A stretch of DNA of 64,000 nucleotides from Heterodontus francisci (GCF_036365525.1 NW_027141174.1:7440001-7504000), one strand, 5' to 3'. Shown: positions 51,001-63,563, counted from the first letter of the stretch. Translations and numbers: made by a program. Notes: generated by a model not told the origin, from the letters alone.

Positions 51001-51920
51001 TGTGATCAGCTGTTCTTCTCCGTTTAGTGACAAAAAATCAGTACAGTTCTTCAGTAAAACATACCCACAGTAATAAATGCGCACAGGGATTCGCTGTTCC
51101 ACATTGGTCAGTGTCGAACATTGAGTAAAATTCTACTGTGGCAGCTACTCTCGGTAATACATGGTCCCTCGTTTAGGTGTTTAACTCCATGGTTCATGTG
51201 TATAAATCTGGGATGAGATCAAACTCAGTGCACAAACAGATACTCCCAGTAATACCTGGTCACTGTGGTCAGGTCTTCCATTCTGGATAGAGACACCCAC
51301 ACTGAGAGCAAGTCTGTCGTGAAAGATACTGCCAGGAATACATAACCATTGGGATCATGTGTTCCTCCCTGACTAGTGACCCAAGCTCAGTACAATTCTA
51401 CAGTGACGGATACTCCTTATGACAGATGCGCGCTGCGATCAGGTGTTCCACTCTGGTTTGTGAGCCACACATGGTACAAATCTGCATTGACATATGATCC
51501 CACTAATACATTATCTGTAGTGTCATGTGTTTCCTTCTGGTTAGTGACCCACAGTCAGTGCAAGTACACAGTGACAGACACTCCCAATAATGCATGACCA
51601 CTGTAATCTTGTGTTCTCACCGGTTGGTGACCACACAAAGTACAAATCTACAGAAATAGATGTTCGCAGTAATATATTGCCAGTTGTGTCATGTGTTCCA
51701 ATGTGGTTCGTGAGCCAAATTTTTTGCAATGCCACAGTGAGAGAAATTCTCAGAAGCACATGTCCACTGCGATCAGGTATTCCAGTCCTGTTGCTGACCC
51801 ACACACACTGCAATTCTGTATTGACATATATTCCCATTAATACATGGTCGCTGTGGTCAGGTGCTGCACATTGTTTAGTGACCCACATTTATTATGATTT
51901 TACACTGACTGATACTGCAA
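48060..51920 (+). repeat. Degenerate 84-bp tandem array (~30 units) in the GPCR intron, split by a CR1
   Basis: ATGGTCACTGGGATCAGGTG-like motif at 48123, 48206, 48290, 48374, 48458, 48542, 48626 and onward. Two blocks, ~48060-49710 and ~50991-51920. Confidence 0.92.
49715..50990 (+). mobile_element. 5'-truncated CR1 LINE within the 84-bp array
   Basis: GFVRGRSCLTSLIEF, GVRQGSVLGPLLF and KFADDTK motifs; tail (TGTTCTA)n at ~50971-50991. Confidence 0.95.
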
Positions 51921-52210
51921 ATACTATCTTGACTGAGAAATTTGCCTTCCGTTTGTTTAATTTAACAGAACAAGATATTCACCTGAAGGCAATAGCTTGA
52001 TAATTTGGAATGCCTGTGTGTTACCAAGAATTTGAACAAATCTACAGAGATAATTCAAGATATTTGAGTTAATAAAGTCATATGTTACTTATCGGGTTTT
52101 CTGCATAACAGCGATTATTAAATCACCACGTAACGCTATCAGTCAACCCATAATACCAGACAGCAGTTCACACACAGACTTACACAACTTCAATGTTGAT
52201 CGTCTCTTAC

Positions 52211-52277
52211 CTGGAACACCAATGCCAGCAAGGATCAGGTAATATAATTTCCTGATACTGTAAACTGTTTCTCTCAT
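52211..52277 (-). CDS. Exon 1 of the intact GPR139-like GPCR
   Basis: AAAATG-initiated MRETVYSIRKLYYLILAGIGVP plus G|GTAAGA phase-1 donor. G+TT gives Val in frame with exon 2 (67+911=978 nt). Confidence 0.9.
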
Positions 52278-52499
52278 TTTCTGTGTGAAATGTTGTGTCC
52301 CTTTATGCTGCAGGAAACCGCTCTGTCTTAAACTCTTAGTCTAAACATTTCCAGAGCCAACAATTTATACCCTGTGGGATCTCCTTGGGGAAATTGAAGT
52401 TGCAACATCGTTCAAATTGTTTTTCTTTCTTTTTTAATCGAACTAACAGATTACAAAATCGAGTAAAGTCTCTGTTGTGATAGAATATAAATATGAAGA

Positions 52500-52601
52500 T
52501 GTGAACAGTGTGTGGCTCACAAAGCGAAGTGGAACACCTTATCCCAGTGTCAGTCACTGAAGAGTTGGACTGAGTGTGGGACAGTAACCACAGTGGAGCA
52601 C
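52500..52601 (-). repeat. Inverted partial copies of the 84-bp unit upstream of exon 1
   Basis: Reverse complement reads CCCACACTCAGTCCAACTCTTCAGTGAC..CACTGGGATAAGGTGTTCCACTTCGCTTTGTGAGCCACACA. Confidence 0.8.
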
Positions 52602-52602
52602 T

Positions 52603-53025
52603 TAAAGAACAAAGAACAAAGATAATTACAGCACAGGAACAGGCCCTTCGGCCCTCCAAGCCTGCGCCGATCCAGATCCTCTCTCTAAACATGTCGCCTA
52701 TTTTCTAAGGTTCTGTATCTCTTTTCTTCCTGCCCATTCATGTATCTGTCTAGATACATCTTAAAAGACTCCATCGTGCCCGCATCTACCACCTCCGCTG
52801 GCAATGCGTTCCAGGTGCCCACCACCCTCTGTGTAAAGAACTTTCCACGCATATCCCCCCTAAACTTTTCCCCTTTCACTTTGAACTCGTGTCCTCTAGT
52901 AATTGAAACCCCCACTCTGGGAAAAAGCCTCTTGCTATCCACCCTGTCTATACCTCTCATGATGTTGTACACCTCAATCAGGTCCCCCCTCAACCTCCGT
53001 CTTTCTAATGAAAATAATCCTAATA
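52603..53025 (-). mobile_element. CR1 3' fragment
   Basis: GLFSLERRRLRGDLIEVY..FFTQRVV; (AAAGAAC)n tail. Confidence 0.92.
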
Positions 53026-53180
53026 TATATCTGATATATTGATATATATCTGATTGGGAAAGCTGCAAACAGTGGACAATTCTTGTCACATTAATTACCT
53101 AATAACATTTTGAACACGTATTCTCCCAGCAATGAGGTTGTTCTTTCAAACACCATCAATTCCATCACTTGATCTCATGT

Positions 53181-53556
53181 TTTATTTTTGTATTCATTTG
53201 TGGGATGCAGGCGTCACTGACTCGGCTAATATTTATTGTTCATCCCTAATTTACCTTGAACTGAGTGGTTTGCTAGGCAATTTAAGAGACAACCACATTG
53301 TTTTGGGTCTGGAGTCACATGTAGGCCAAACCAAGTCAGGATATCAGTGAGCCATATATTTTTTACAACAACCGATAATGGACAGCAGACGATGGTACCA
53401 TGGACACCATTACAATAGCTTTCAATTCCAGATTTATTAATTGAATTCAAATGTCACCATCTGCCATGGTGGGATTCGAACCCAAAGTCCCCAGAGCATT
53501 AGCATGGGCTCTGGATTACTATTCCAGTGATATTGCCACTATTCCACCGTCTCCCC
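53181..53556 (-). mobile_element. tRNA-derived SINE partnered with the LINE at 17415-20445
   Basis: Head GGGGAGACGGTGGAATAGTGG..GGGTTCGAATCCC (A/B boxes); central GGCCTACATGTGACTCCAGAC block; tail AATTAGGGATG..CATCCCACAAATGAAT. Confidence 0.85.
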
Positions 53557-53719
53557 TCGACTGCGACCACTGAGTACTTATATTCCAGAAGTTAGAATGC
53601 CTCTCTTACGGCTGCTCTACTGCACTCTGAGATGTGGTGTTCCGTTTAACTCTGGACATTCAGTTGCATTATTAAAGTGGGTTATTTATGACTATGCATT
53701 ACAGAATTCAACTAATATA

Positions 53720-54146
53720 GTATGATACCCTAATCCACACAACAAACGGACACAACATCTCAATCTAATACAGCACCTCAATCTAATGCAACGTTTTGCA
53801 CCAATAGAACAACTCAGGTAATACAGAAGATTCAATAGATACAACCGGTCCAACTGTTGCAGCCCCTTCAACCAAAACAAACTTTCAAACTCGTGCAGCC
53901 CCTGCGATTGAAGCGGCATCTCAAACAAATACAACTCCAAATAATAGGTCAACTGAAGCTAATTATGTCCTGATCCTAATACCTCACTTCACGCAAATGC
54001 GGCCCCTCACATTCAAATCCAACCCCTCAAGCGAATGGGGTACTTCCTATTAATACAGTATCTCAAGCAACTACCTCAAATTAGCACAACACCTCAAAGT
54101 AAGACAGCTCCTCAAACTAGTACAACACACCAAACTAATACAGCAT
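53720..54146 (+). repeat. Highly degenerate ~18-bp repeat (AATACAGCACCTCAAACT-like)
   Basis: Recurrent CCTCAAAC/TAATACAGC; reads as NTAPQS/T-type units with frameshifts. Confidence 0.55.
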
Positions 54147-54149
54147 GGA

Positions 54150-54720
54150 AATATAGGATCATTCAAGTTTACAGTACAGGAGGAGGCCATTCTGCCCATC
54201 ATGTCTGTGCCAGCCACAAGCGGGCTATTTCAACCAATCCCGCCTTCCAGCTTGTGGTCCACAGTGCTGTAAGTTACGTCAACTTAAGTGCATATCCAAG
54301 TGTCTTATTTTTAAAATGGAATGAGGGTTTCTGCCTCGACCACCCTTTCAGGCAATGAGTTCCAGGTACTCATCAACCTCTGGGTGAAAATATTTCTCCT
54401 TAACCTCCCTCCAATCCTTCCACCAATTACTTTAAGTCTATCTCCCCTGATTACTGACTTCTCTGTTGAGGGAAACAAGTCCTTCCTATTCACTCTATGC
54501 AGGGCCTTCATAATTATGCATACCTTAATAAAATCTCCCCCTCATCCGTCTCTATTCAAAACACAACATCCTCAGTCTAGCCAATCTTCCATCATCGTTG
54601 AAATTCTCCAGTTCCAGCAACATCCTCTGTAAATCACCTCTGTGCCATCTCTAATTTGATCTCATGCTTAGCGTATTGTGGTGACCAGAACTGTACACTT
54701 TCCTAGCTGTGGTCTAGTGT
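54150..54720 (-). mobile_element. CR1 3' fragment
   Basis: DLFPS..RNIFTQRLMSTWNSLPERVVEAET. Confidence 0.85.
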
Positions 54721-54780
54721 ATGTGGGGCAGACTAGTCATAGATGTAGTGCATTGTAAACAGATTGTATAGGATGGGTTT

Positions 54781-57310
54781 AAAACAGAAAGTGCTGGAAA
54801 TATTCATCAGGTCGGGCAGCATATGTAGAGAGAGAGCAGAGTTTACGTTTCAAGTAAGTGATCTTTCATTAGAACAGTCAAAGGTTAGAAAAATATTAGC
54901 CTTTCAGCAAGTGAAGTGTGTAGGGGGCGTGGGGGAGTGGTTGGTCAAGAGAACAAAAGATAAGATGTGCAATAGGGTAGAGGGCCGGAGAGATTAAATA
55001 ACAAAGCTGTCATAGGGCAAAGGCCATGGTGAAAGAGAAAGCATTAATCCAGAGAAATGAGCAGTTCTGTCCAGAAACACTGCATGGTAAACGGGCACAT
55101 GGTTAAAAAATAAAATAAAATAACTTAAATACATAAATGTTAAATAAAAATAAAAAAAGCCAGTTGTTCTGTGAAATTGTTGAAATCAATGTTGAGTCTG
55201 CAAGGCTGTAGCGTGCCTAATTGAAAAGTGAGGTGCTGCCCCTCGAGCTTGTGTTGATGTTCGCTGGAATACTGCAGCAGACCATGGACAGAAATATGGG
55301 CAGGAGATCATAATGGTGTGTTGATATGGCAAACAACTGGAATCTCGGCGTCACACTTTTGGAATGAGTGGAGGTTTTCTGCAAAGCCATAACCCAATCT
55401 ACGTTTGGTCTCCCCAAGGTAGAGGAGACCGCATTACGAGCACAGAACACAGTGCACTATATTGAAGGAAGCAAAAGTAAATCTCTGCTTCACATGAAGG
55501 GGGAATTTGAGGCCTTGGATGGTGCACAGACAGGAGGTAAAGTCGTTTGTATTATAACTCCTGCAATTGCATGGGAAGGTGCCGTGGAAAGGGGACAATG
55601 TATCGAAGGAATGGAGGAGTGGATCATGGGATCACGGAGGGATCAATCCTTTCGGAATGATGACAGGGGAGGGAGCATGTGTTTGGTTTTGGCATCACGG
55701 TGGACGTGGCAGAAATGGCGGAGGATGACCCTTTGGAAGCGAGGGCTTGGTGGGCTGGAAAGTGAGGAAAAGGGAAACCTGTCCTGGTTCTGGGAGGGAG
55801 GGTAAAGGGTAAGGGCAGAAACATGGGAAATAGGTCAGTCACTGTTGAGGGCATCATCAACCGCAGTGAAGGGGAATCCTCGGTTGATGAAAGAGGAAGG
55901 AGCGCTGTTGTGGAAGGTTGCACCATCATACCAGATGTGTCAGAGACGGAGAAACAGGGAGAATGGAATGGAATCGTTACAGGATGTTGTGTGTGAGGAA
56001 GCGTGGTCAACGGTGAGAGACAGATGGGCATTAAAAGCAAAGTTGGTGAGATGTTCCTGTACGTGTTAGAACAGGAATTGTAATGGATACAATCATCAAT
56101 ACAGTGCAAAATAAAATGTGAGGGAGGGATCCTGAGTAGGACTGAAACAAGGAATGTTCGACGTACCCCACAAATAGAGAGGCAAAACTAGGACCCATGC
56201 GGGTACCCTCAGCAGCACCTTTTACTTGAAGAAAGTGAGTGGACTTCAAGAAGAAGTTGTTCAATGTGAGAACAAGTTCAGCCAGGCAGAGTACAGTGAA
56301 GGTAGATGGGGACTGGTTGCGTCTCTGTTCAAGGAAGAAGCAGAGAGCTCTCAAACAGTTCTGTTGGGGATGGATGTGTAGAGGGATTGGACGTCCATAG
56401 TGAAGAAGTTGTGGTTAGGGCCAGGAAACAGGAAACTGTCAAAATGACATCGGGCGTCAGAAGAGTCACGGATGTAGGTGGGAAGAGACTGCACCAGGGG
56501 AGAAAAGATAGAGTCAAGATAGAAAGAAAATAGTTCAGTGGGGCAGGAAGAAGCTGAAACGATGGGTCTGCCAGGACAGTCCTGTTTGTGGATTTTCGGA
56601 AGGAGGTAAAAGTGGGCTGCCTCGGGCGGCGGGACTATAAGGTTGCAAGAGGTAGATGGAAGATTTCCAAAGGACATGAGGTGGGTCACAATCCTATGGA
56701 CAGCAGCTCAATTTTCGGTGGTGAGGTCATGGTCCAGGGGAAGGTAGGAAGCAGTGTCTGAGAGTTGATGCTCAGCCTCTGCAAGGTCAAGGTTGGTGCA
56801 CCAGACAACAACAGCACCACACTTGGCAGAAGGTTTGATCACAGTGTCGGGGGTAGATCTGAGAGAACGGAGTGAGCAAATTTCGAGGCAGACGGATTAA
56901 AGAGAGTGAGTGTAGTGGTGAAGTTAATATGGCCGATAACACGCCGACAGTTCTCAATGAAAACATCAAGAGTGGGTAATAAGCCAAAGGGAGGCGTTCA
57001 GGTGGAGGGAGAATACTGTAGGCAGGTAACGGGGCCCGCTGGTCGGTGGAGGACTCCTGAGCAAAGAAGTGAGCCCAGAGGCGAAGGCAATTAAGGATGA
57101 GCTCAACGTCATGCCGACCGTTAAATTCATTCAGGTGGGGGCCTTCGGGCATAAAACTGAGTCCTTTGTTCAAGACAGTTTGTTACTTGCTGGAGATACG
57201 AAGGTCAGAGGGTCAAGTGAATACATGGAAACGGGTGAGATTAGAAGAAAAGATGGGGCAGAGGGAAAGGAAGGGGAAGAAACATTTGGAGGGGCGTTGG
57301 TTCCCATGAA
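54781..57310 (-). mobile_element. Penelope-like element (RT + GIY-YIG), decayed
   Basis: FYLLPKIHKQDCPGRPIVS, TMDVQSLYTSIP, GTRMGPSFASLFVG, CIDD; GIY-YIG remnant CS*CGLLYLGETKRRL (~55400-55445); degenerate hammerhead at 54841-54876. Confidence 0.92.
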
Positions 57311-60300
57311 ATGCTGGAGCTCGCATTACTTAACACCTGAAAAGAAGGGAAAATATCTTGGATTTTCCTGCATTAACGTGCCAGTGGCAGGATGCCAAGG
57401 AACAGTTTGAGAGACATCCCAACGTGTTACAGACATAGTAGCTAACGTACACTGCTGACCTGGTGTGTTTCTGCGTAGGAGGGGCTCAGTCCCAATCCCA
57501 AACCACCCTCTCTCCCTCTCTTCAGGGGAATAGACATCTCTTTCAATCTGGTGTGTGTGGGTTGTGCGCTCTAAATATCTCTATGTCTCAATCTTGATCA
57601 CGTTCAAACCTTTGCTTTCTCAGCGGGATTTGTTTGCAATGGAATGTTTCTGGGAAAATGTCAGTGGAAATAAGAAAGGAAGCTCTGGGATGTTGCTTTA
57701 CCTTTTCTTATGAATCTCTTGCTTTTATCTTATCCAATGTATATTTCCACCTCCTCATGGGGACATTTATTTTACTTTGTAAACTGTAATGATAAGATGC
57801 AAAGGGCATGAGAGAGTTTTCGGATGAGGAATATTATTGGGCAGGTTATTCCTCTTACTTGGACAGAGGCATGCACCCTGCAACAGCATCCAATGGCTCT
57901 CTGTACTTTTCTGTCTGTTTTTAACACTGGGGTGGATTTTCTCTCAAGGAGACTGGGGCTCGATGCCTCGGTTACACGTGTTTCGGTTGGATTTCTGCCC
58001 TTGAGTTTTAAAGTGGTTTAAAGCTTTGGTTACTTTAGACGTGGACTTTCAATGTGACACAGTCATGTTAATCCACTTTGCAGAGTAGGGAATATCCATT
58101 CTTACAAAGTGGATATTGAAGTCATTCGTGAGAAACCATGCGAAGGTACTTTGAAAGGGAATTCAGTCACCCCCCGATTCGGCGATAGACCAGATGAGAC
58201 TCAAGTTCCGTTGTTCACTGTTTTATTGCAAGCATATGCAGGGGAGATCGCATCCATGCAAGATGGCATACAAACTTCCCGAGTGGTTTTGAAACATCGT
58301 TCTTAAACCGTTTTACAGATAACAGTTCATTTGGATTTGCCAACCATTCGGTTACACATTCTGACTCTTTTATCTCTACCCAATTGTGTTTATTAATACA
58401 TACCTAGGTTACCATATTACATTCTAAGCAGGTATACATTATACTATCCAATCAGTAGCAAGGCACCTAAACATGAAACTTTGACTCTTGACTGTTTTTT
58501 GTCACTCATGATAGCTTGTGGGCCATCAGGCCTTCTCCTTTGTTCGCTGTCCTTGTCTTTTTCTCCCCCTTTAGCCCTCCTCCCACTTTAAGGGCCTTGG
58601 CTCCGCCCAATTTGGCCAAACACCAGCGTTGAGAATTTATCCGCTTGTCCTTCGGATGGCCAGTCGTCCAGACTCCTGGAGGAATCCTAAACCGCTAAAC
58701 TGTGTAGTTTAGCCTTTCCTGTAATCCCTGTATTCCTTCTTTGTGTGCACATGGTGGGTCCCGGAAGATATCCTCGGAATGCCATTTTATATTCTTTTAG
58801 GGCTTTCGCTGGTAGTGGCAAAGACAAATGGTCCATACCAATAACCTCAAGCTGAAAATTGTCTTTACCACGTGACGGATTTCCCACTAATTTGTCATCG
58901 CACTGTGGTAGAGTAGGCTGAGGCCAACCTAGCCAATAGTGGCCAGGTCTACTTGGATGCGCTCCCGTATGATTTGTTCTCTCAATGCCCGGGTATACTA
59001 ATGTGCTATATTTGTGGCCTGCTGCATGGCCAATCGCGCTACCCTGCCTTGGGTTTCATTCGTAAATGATGCAACATCCAACCAGGGGCTACATACATAT
59101 CCTGTTGTTTGCCTGGGCAGGTGAGAGTCCCCAAATATAAGGGAGTTCGTCACTTGCATGCAAAAACTGGTGTTAGCTAAGAATTTAAATCCTCCCAATA
59201 CCATTTTATCCTCGATTGTCATAAAACACCGTTGTCTGATTACATCTGAACTGTGTTGAATGCATTATGGATCGGGAGCATGTCGAGCGTGATTCTGCTG
59301 CAATTGGTCATGAACTCTAGGGTACGACAAGTACATCTTTAGTGCTCATCCAAATCGTGGAGTTAACATAAGAGAGGTACCCATGGGATCCTGCACGCTA
59401 AACCGAACCATCCCTTTCTACTCTCAATGACTCAAAGCGATAGCTGATGTTAAAGGAGGTTCCCGTGTGATACACTTGGGCTATTATCACTGGGAATTTA
59501 ATTACCCCGTACGTTCCTCCACTCTGGGGTCGAGTGTAGGTTTCTGAGATTCAGTTGATCGATCGATTCAAACATGTGTCCGGGGACGTTTCCAAACCTG
59601 ATGTCTGCTATATCCGAGTTTATTCCCTCGATCAAATCCAGAACTAACATGTCGCGCACCCTTCCCCTGCTTTGTGAGTCGACAGTATCTACTAGCACTT
59701 GCTTGGTAATATTTATGGCTCTCACTAGTCTTTTGCCTTGTATCCCAGTATCAGTCAGAGCATATTCTGTCCCGGACGCATTGTACCACAGTATTTTGGC
59801 TGTGTCAGCAGCTACTCGTGATGCATAATTGTTTACTTCATGGATCTGAGCAGAGTTTATTACTGAATATGTGCTTCCAAACAGTCCCCCTATGTCTGAC
59901 ACCAAAGTCCTTGTCCATTTTTCCCGTCTCCTAATTCCTGGGGAAATTCGAGACTTGTAATCCCCAATGAGCTGTCCTAATTGGTATTTAGCTCATCTGA
60001 TTGAACTCTGGTGATCCCCACACGGTCCTTCTGATATAGTCACCAGGTTCGTGATATTGTCAATCACTTCCAGAGAAGCCATGGTAACGTCATGCAACAG
60101 GGGTTTAGCCTTCCCTACCCTAACTATCCCGTCTGGAAGGGGGTGGGAGAGAGGGTTGTCATTCTTGGACAGCGAGTCAGCCTTTGATACTCACAAGTAC
60201 TCAAATTATAATATTGTGTAACATAACATTCATGCCTATTTATCACATATTTACACACTTCCTGACAATACTGGCCATCAAGATCCAGTTCCCAAACGAA

Positions 60301-62415
60301 GGGGGGCAGATCATTCCGTCCGGCTGTGATGTTTACTTCATGAACGATGGTGCTGTCTGCGTTATTTGTTCGACACCCATAATACCATTTACCCAACCCC
60401 ATCACATTATTTTGGAAACATTTACGGTTTGGTTCCCAGACTCTTCTCTCGTGTGTCTGGGTGGTGACTTCATCTGTAATCCAGGTATTCCGCTGCTTTA
60501 CCCATTACCTCCTCCGGGGAGTGGAGCGTATTGTCTTGGGTGCAGGCAGGTGTTGCTGTGCACATGTACAGTCGATGCCTCCCACGTCACTACCGATCCG
60601 CTCAGGATAAGGAGATACCTGCAACGATATTAACATCAGCTCCCATCGCCCGGGTCGCCATCAGATTTCTCGGTTTCTATATACAGTTTCAACCGTACAT
60701 AATGTTTCCATTTACTTCCCGTTTTCAATTCTATGAGCACACACACATCACCTGTCATAATGACCTCATATGGTCCATGCCATTGGGGTTGAAGTCCGCC
60801 ACGTTCTGGCCTCAATCTGACCATTACCTTATCACTACCTGTGGAACCTTCTGTTTTTTTCCAGCTGCTGATGCAATTCTATGTCCTTAGCTGCCTATCG
60901 TTCCGAAACCTCTTGTCAGAGCTTGTGCAGCTATTTACTTATTTCTCTGACCTACTCTCAGATTCTGCCTTTAAGCAGGCCTGTGTCCATCCGACCATTA
61001 TTCCTTCTGGTAACTGTGTTTCCCGTCCTGTCATCAGCCCAAATTGAGTAAATCCTGTCTTCTTATTTCGGGTGGCCCGCAGGCACATCAGAATGCTGGG
61101 TAAAACTGTTGTCCAGCTGTTCCCTGTTTCTGGTATTGCATTAGCTATAGAGGTTTTAAAAGTCATCTTCATTCTTTCTACCATAGCTTTGAGGATGATA
61201 CGGGATGTGTAACTTTTATTTCATCCCCAGAATTCCTGTATTAACTCTTGCATCAGCCCGATATAAATGACAATTCCCATTTATTATAATCCTATTTCAT
61301 TCATGAGCCCTAGATAAACTGCACAGTCATAATACTTCAAAATAGAAATCAAACATTCCCATTTGATTCCAGGCATTGCCATATTATTCCCCTCTATCCT
61401 AGATGACATTCTTATTTCTTCAAAGTAACTTGCTAAATTACACTGGATTTCGACATCTCAGATTGTTGCTGAAGCGACAGATTTTTATCAATGTTCCATT
61501 TCATATCTCTCCAAATAAACGTTGTTTTTTATACATTTTTATACAACCAAAATGATTCCAAATTCTAATTCACAGCTATAAATACTTAAAAGGTTTGTTT
61601 CTCAACTTAACAGGTTAATTAACCTTAATAGTATGAACTTTGTTGAGATTATTAACTTATAATACTTAGTAACTACACACACAACAGAATAACATGTGCT
61701 CTTTTTTTAAAGATAGGTAGACCTTATTTTTCCTGTTCTTTCTTCAGACGCCTTTTCAAATGACAGTAATAAAACCAAAAAGTAAAAAAAAGTTATTTAA
61801 CATTCTTACAACAAAAGATTTAACACCACCTTCTGACACAATTTTAATCTTTCCCATATCTCCTTTTCTTATCCTTCTCTCCAAAAAAACAATATTTAAT
61901 TTCTGACATTGACTACTTTAAAACGGTCAGTAAAACATGTCTTCAAATTTAAACGGCAAAATAAAGCAATAGCAGATTTTAAACGTTGGTCCAACTAAAG
62001 CAGTGTTTTAAACTTCAAATTGGATTTCTGCCAGACATCTTCAGACGTTCAAGGCTGAAGCTTATCTCATAGAAAATTGTTCATTGCTGTTTTACAGTTT
62101 CCAAACCAACTTTTAAAATAAAAACAAAAGTTTAAAACTTTAAACAAATCTATTTTATATTGCATTCCTGGGAGCACAATCTTAAATTGAAATGAACATT
62201 TGCAACAATAATTTTCACACACATTCAATTCCAAACAACTTAGAAAATTGATTCCTGTAATGGGTTAAAAATTAAATGTACCAAAATCTGTGTCAAACTC
62301 CCTGTTCTGATGCCAAGGAATACATACAGATTGAAGTATTTCACAGCCAAAATGTGACTCAAGGTTCTCATAAACTATACGTTGTAAAAATGGAACAATG
62401 GGTACAATGCAGAAT

Positions 62416-62657
62416 GGGTGGCACAGTGGTGCAGTAATTAGCACTGCAGACTCACAACTCCAGCAACCCAGGTTCGGTTCTGGGTATTCCCTCTGTGGAG
62501 TTTGTAAGTTCTCCCTGTGACCGCGTGGGTTTCTGCAGGGTGCTCCGGTTTCATCCCACATCCAAAGAATTGCAGGTTGATAGGTAAATTGGCCATTGTA
62601 AAGTGCCCCTAGTGTACGTAGGTGGTAGGAGAATGGTGGGGATGGGGTAGGGAATAT
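62416..62657 (+). mobile_element. HE1/V-type SINE, 3'-truncated
   Basis: GGGTGGCACAGTGGTGCAGTAATTAGCAC head and V domain; same family as 4541-4891. Confidence 0.88.
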
Positions 62658-62780
62658 CAGGTCTAAATTTCAGACACACCCTGTGGACCTCCGTTCTCGT
62701 CTGACTCATACAACAGGAGAGTATTCTTTCAAATGAAATAATTCTCACAATTGCTTTCGCCTTCACAGAAGACCGGTTGT

Positions 62781-62798
62781 ATCCTGCCGACGACGCCA
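62781..62798 (-). promoter_or_regulatory. Primer-binding site complementary to tRNA-Ser
   Basis: TGGCGTCGTCGGCAGGAT directly follows the LTR end. From memory it is 17/18 complementary to the vertebrate tRNA-Ser 3' end ATCCTGCCGACTACGCCA. Confidence 0.85.
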
Positions 62799-62891
62799 TG
62801 GAAAGTGAGTTCAGTCAACCTCTTATTCCATGGTAGGCCAGAAGAGACTCAAGCTCCTTTGTTCACTCACTTATTGCAAGCATATGCAGGG

Positions 62892-63563
62892 AATACAAAA
62901 GTCCGAGTGGATCAAGCCTGTGTCCTCGGTACCTTGCTCTATGGTAGCGAGGCCTGGACAACGTATGTCAGCCAAGAGCGACGTCTCAATTCATTCCATC
63001 TTCGCTGCCTCCGGAGAATACTTGGCATAAGGTGGCAGGACCGTATCTGCAACACAGAAATCCTCGAGGCGGCCAACATCCCTATCTTGTACACACTACT
63101 GAGTCAGCAGCACTTGAGATGTCTTGGCCATGTGAGCCGCATGGAAGATGGCAGTATCCCCAAAGACACATTGTACAGCGAGCTCGCCACTGGTATCTGA
63201 CCCACCGGCCTTCCATGTCTCCGCTTTAAAGACGTCTGCAAACGCGGCATGAAATCCTGTGACATTGATCACAAGTCGTGGGAGCCAGTTGCCAGCGTTC
63301 GCCAGAGCTGGCAGGAAGCCATAAAGGCGGGGCTAAAGTGTGGCCATTCGAAGGGACTTAGCAGATGGCAGGAAAAAAGACAGAGGCACAAGGGGAGAGC
63401 CAACTGTGTAACAGCCCCGACAAACATTTTTTTCTGCAGCACCTGTGGAAGAGCCTGTCACTCTAGAATTGGCCTTTATAGGCACTCCAGGCGCTGCTCC
63501 ACACACCACTGACCACCTCCAGGCGTTTACCCATTTCTCTCGAGATAAGGAGGCCAAAGAAGA
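62892..63563 (+). mobile_element. 5'-truncated RTE-clade LINE inserted in the ERV 5' LTR
   Basis: ACVLGTLLYGSEAWT..FHLRCLRRILGIRWQD; terminal CSTCGRACHSRIGLYRH; AAGAAGA tail. The LTR is continuous across it. Confidence 0.92.

Noticed and set aside
48060-51920. 84-bp array as a CRISPR array or as V(D)J recombination signals (CACAGTG/CACTGTG-like words)
   Set aside because: The whole unit repeats with no unique spacers and the context is vertebrate with no cas genes. The heptamer-like words lack a correctly spaced ACAAAAACC nonamer, and no V/J segments are seen.
52301-52307. CATAAAG as the TATA box of the intact GPCR
   Set aside because: Only ~25-30 bp from the ATG, which leaves almost no 5' UTR; too weak to call without TSS data.
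57320-58150. Possible coding remnant between the Penelope element and the ERV (also 34510-35127)
   Set aside because: No recognisable motif or sustained ORF on either strand; left unassigned.
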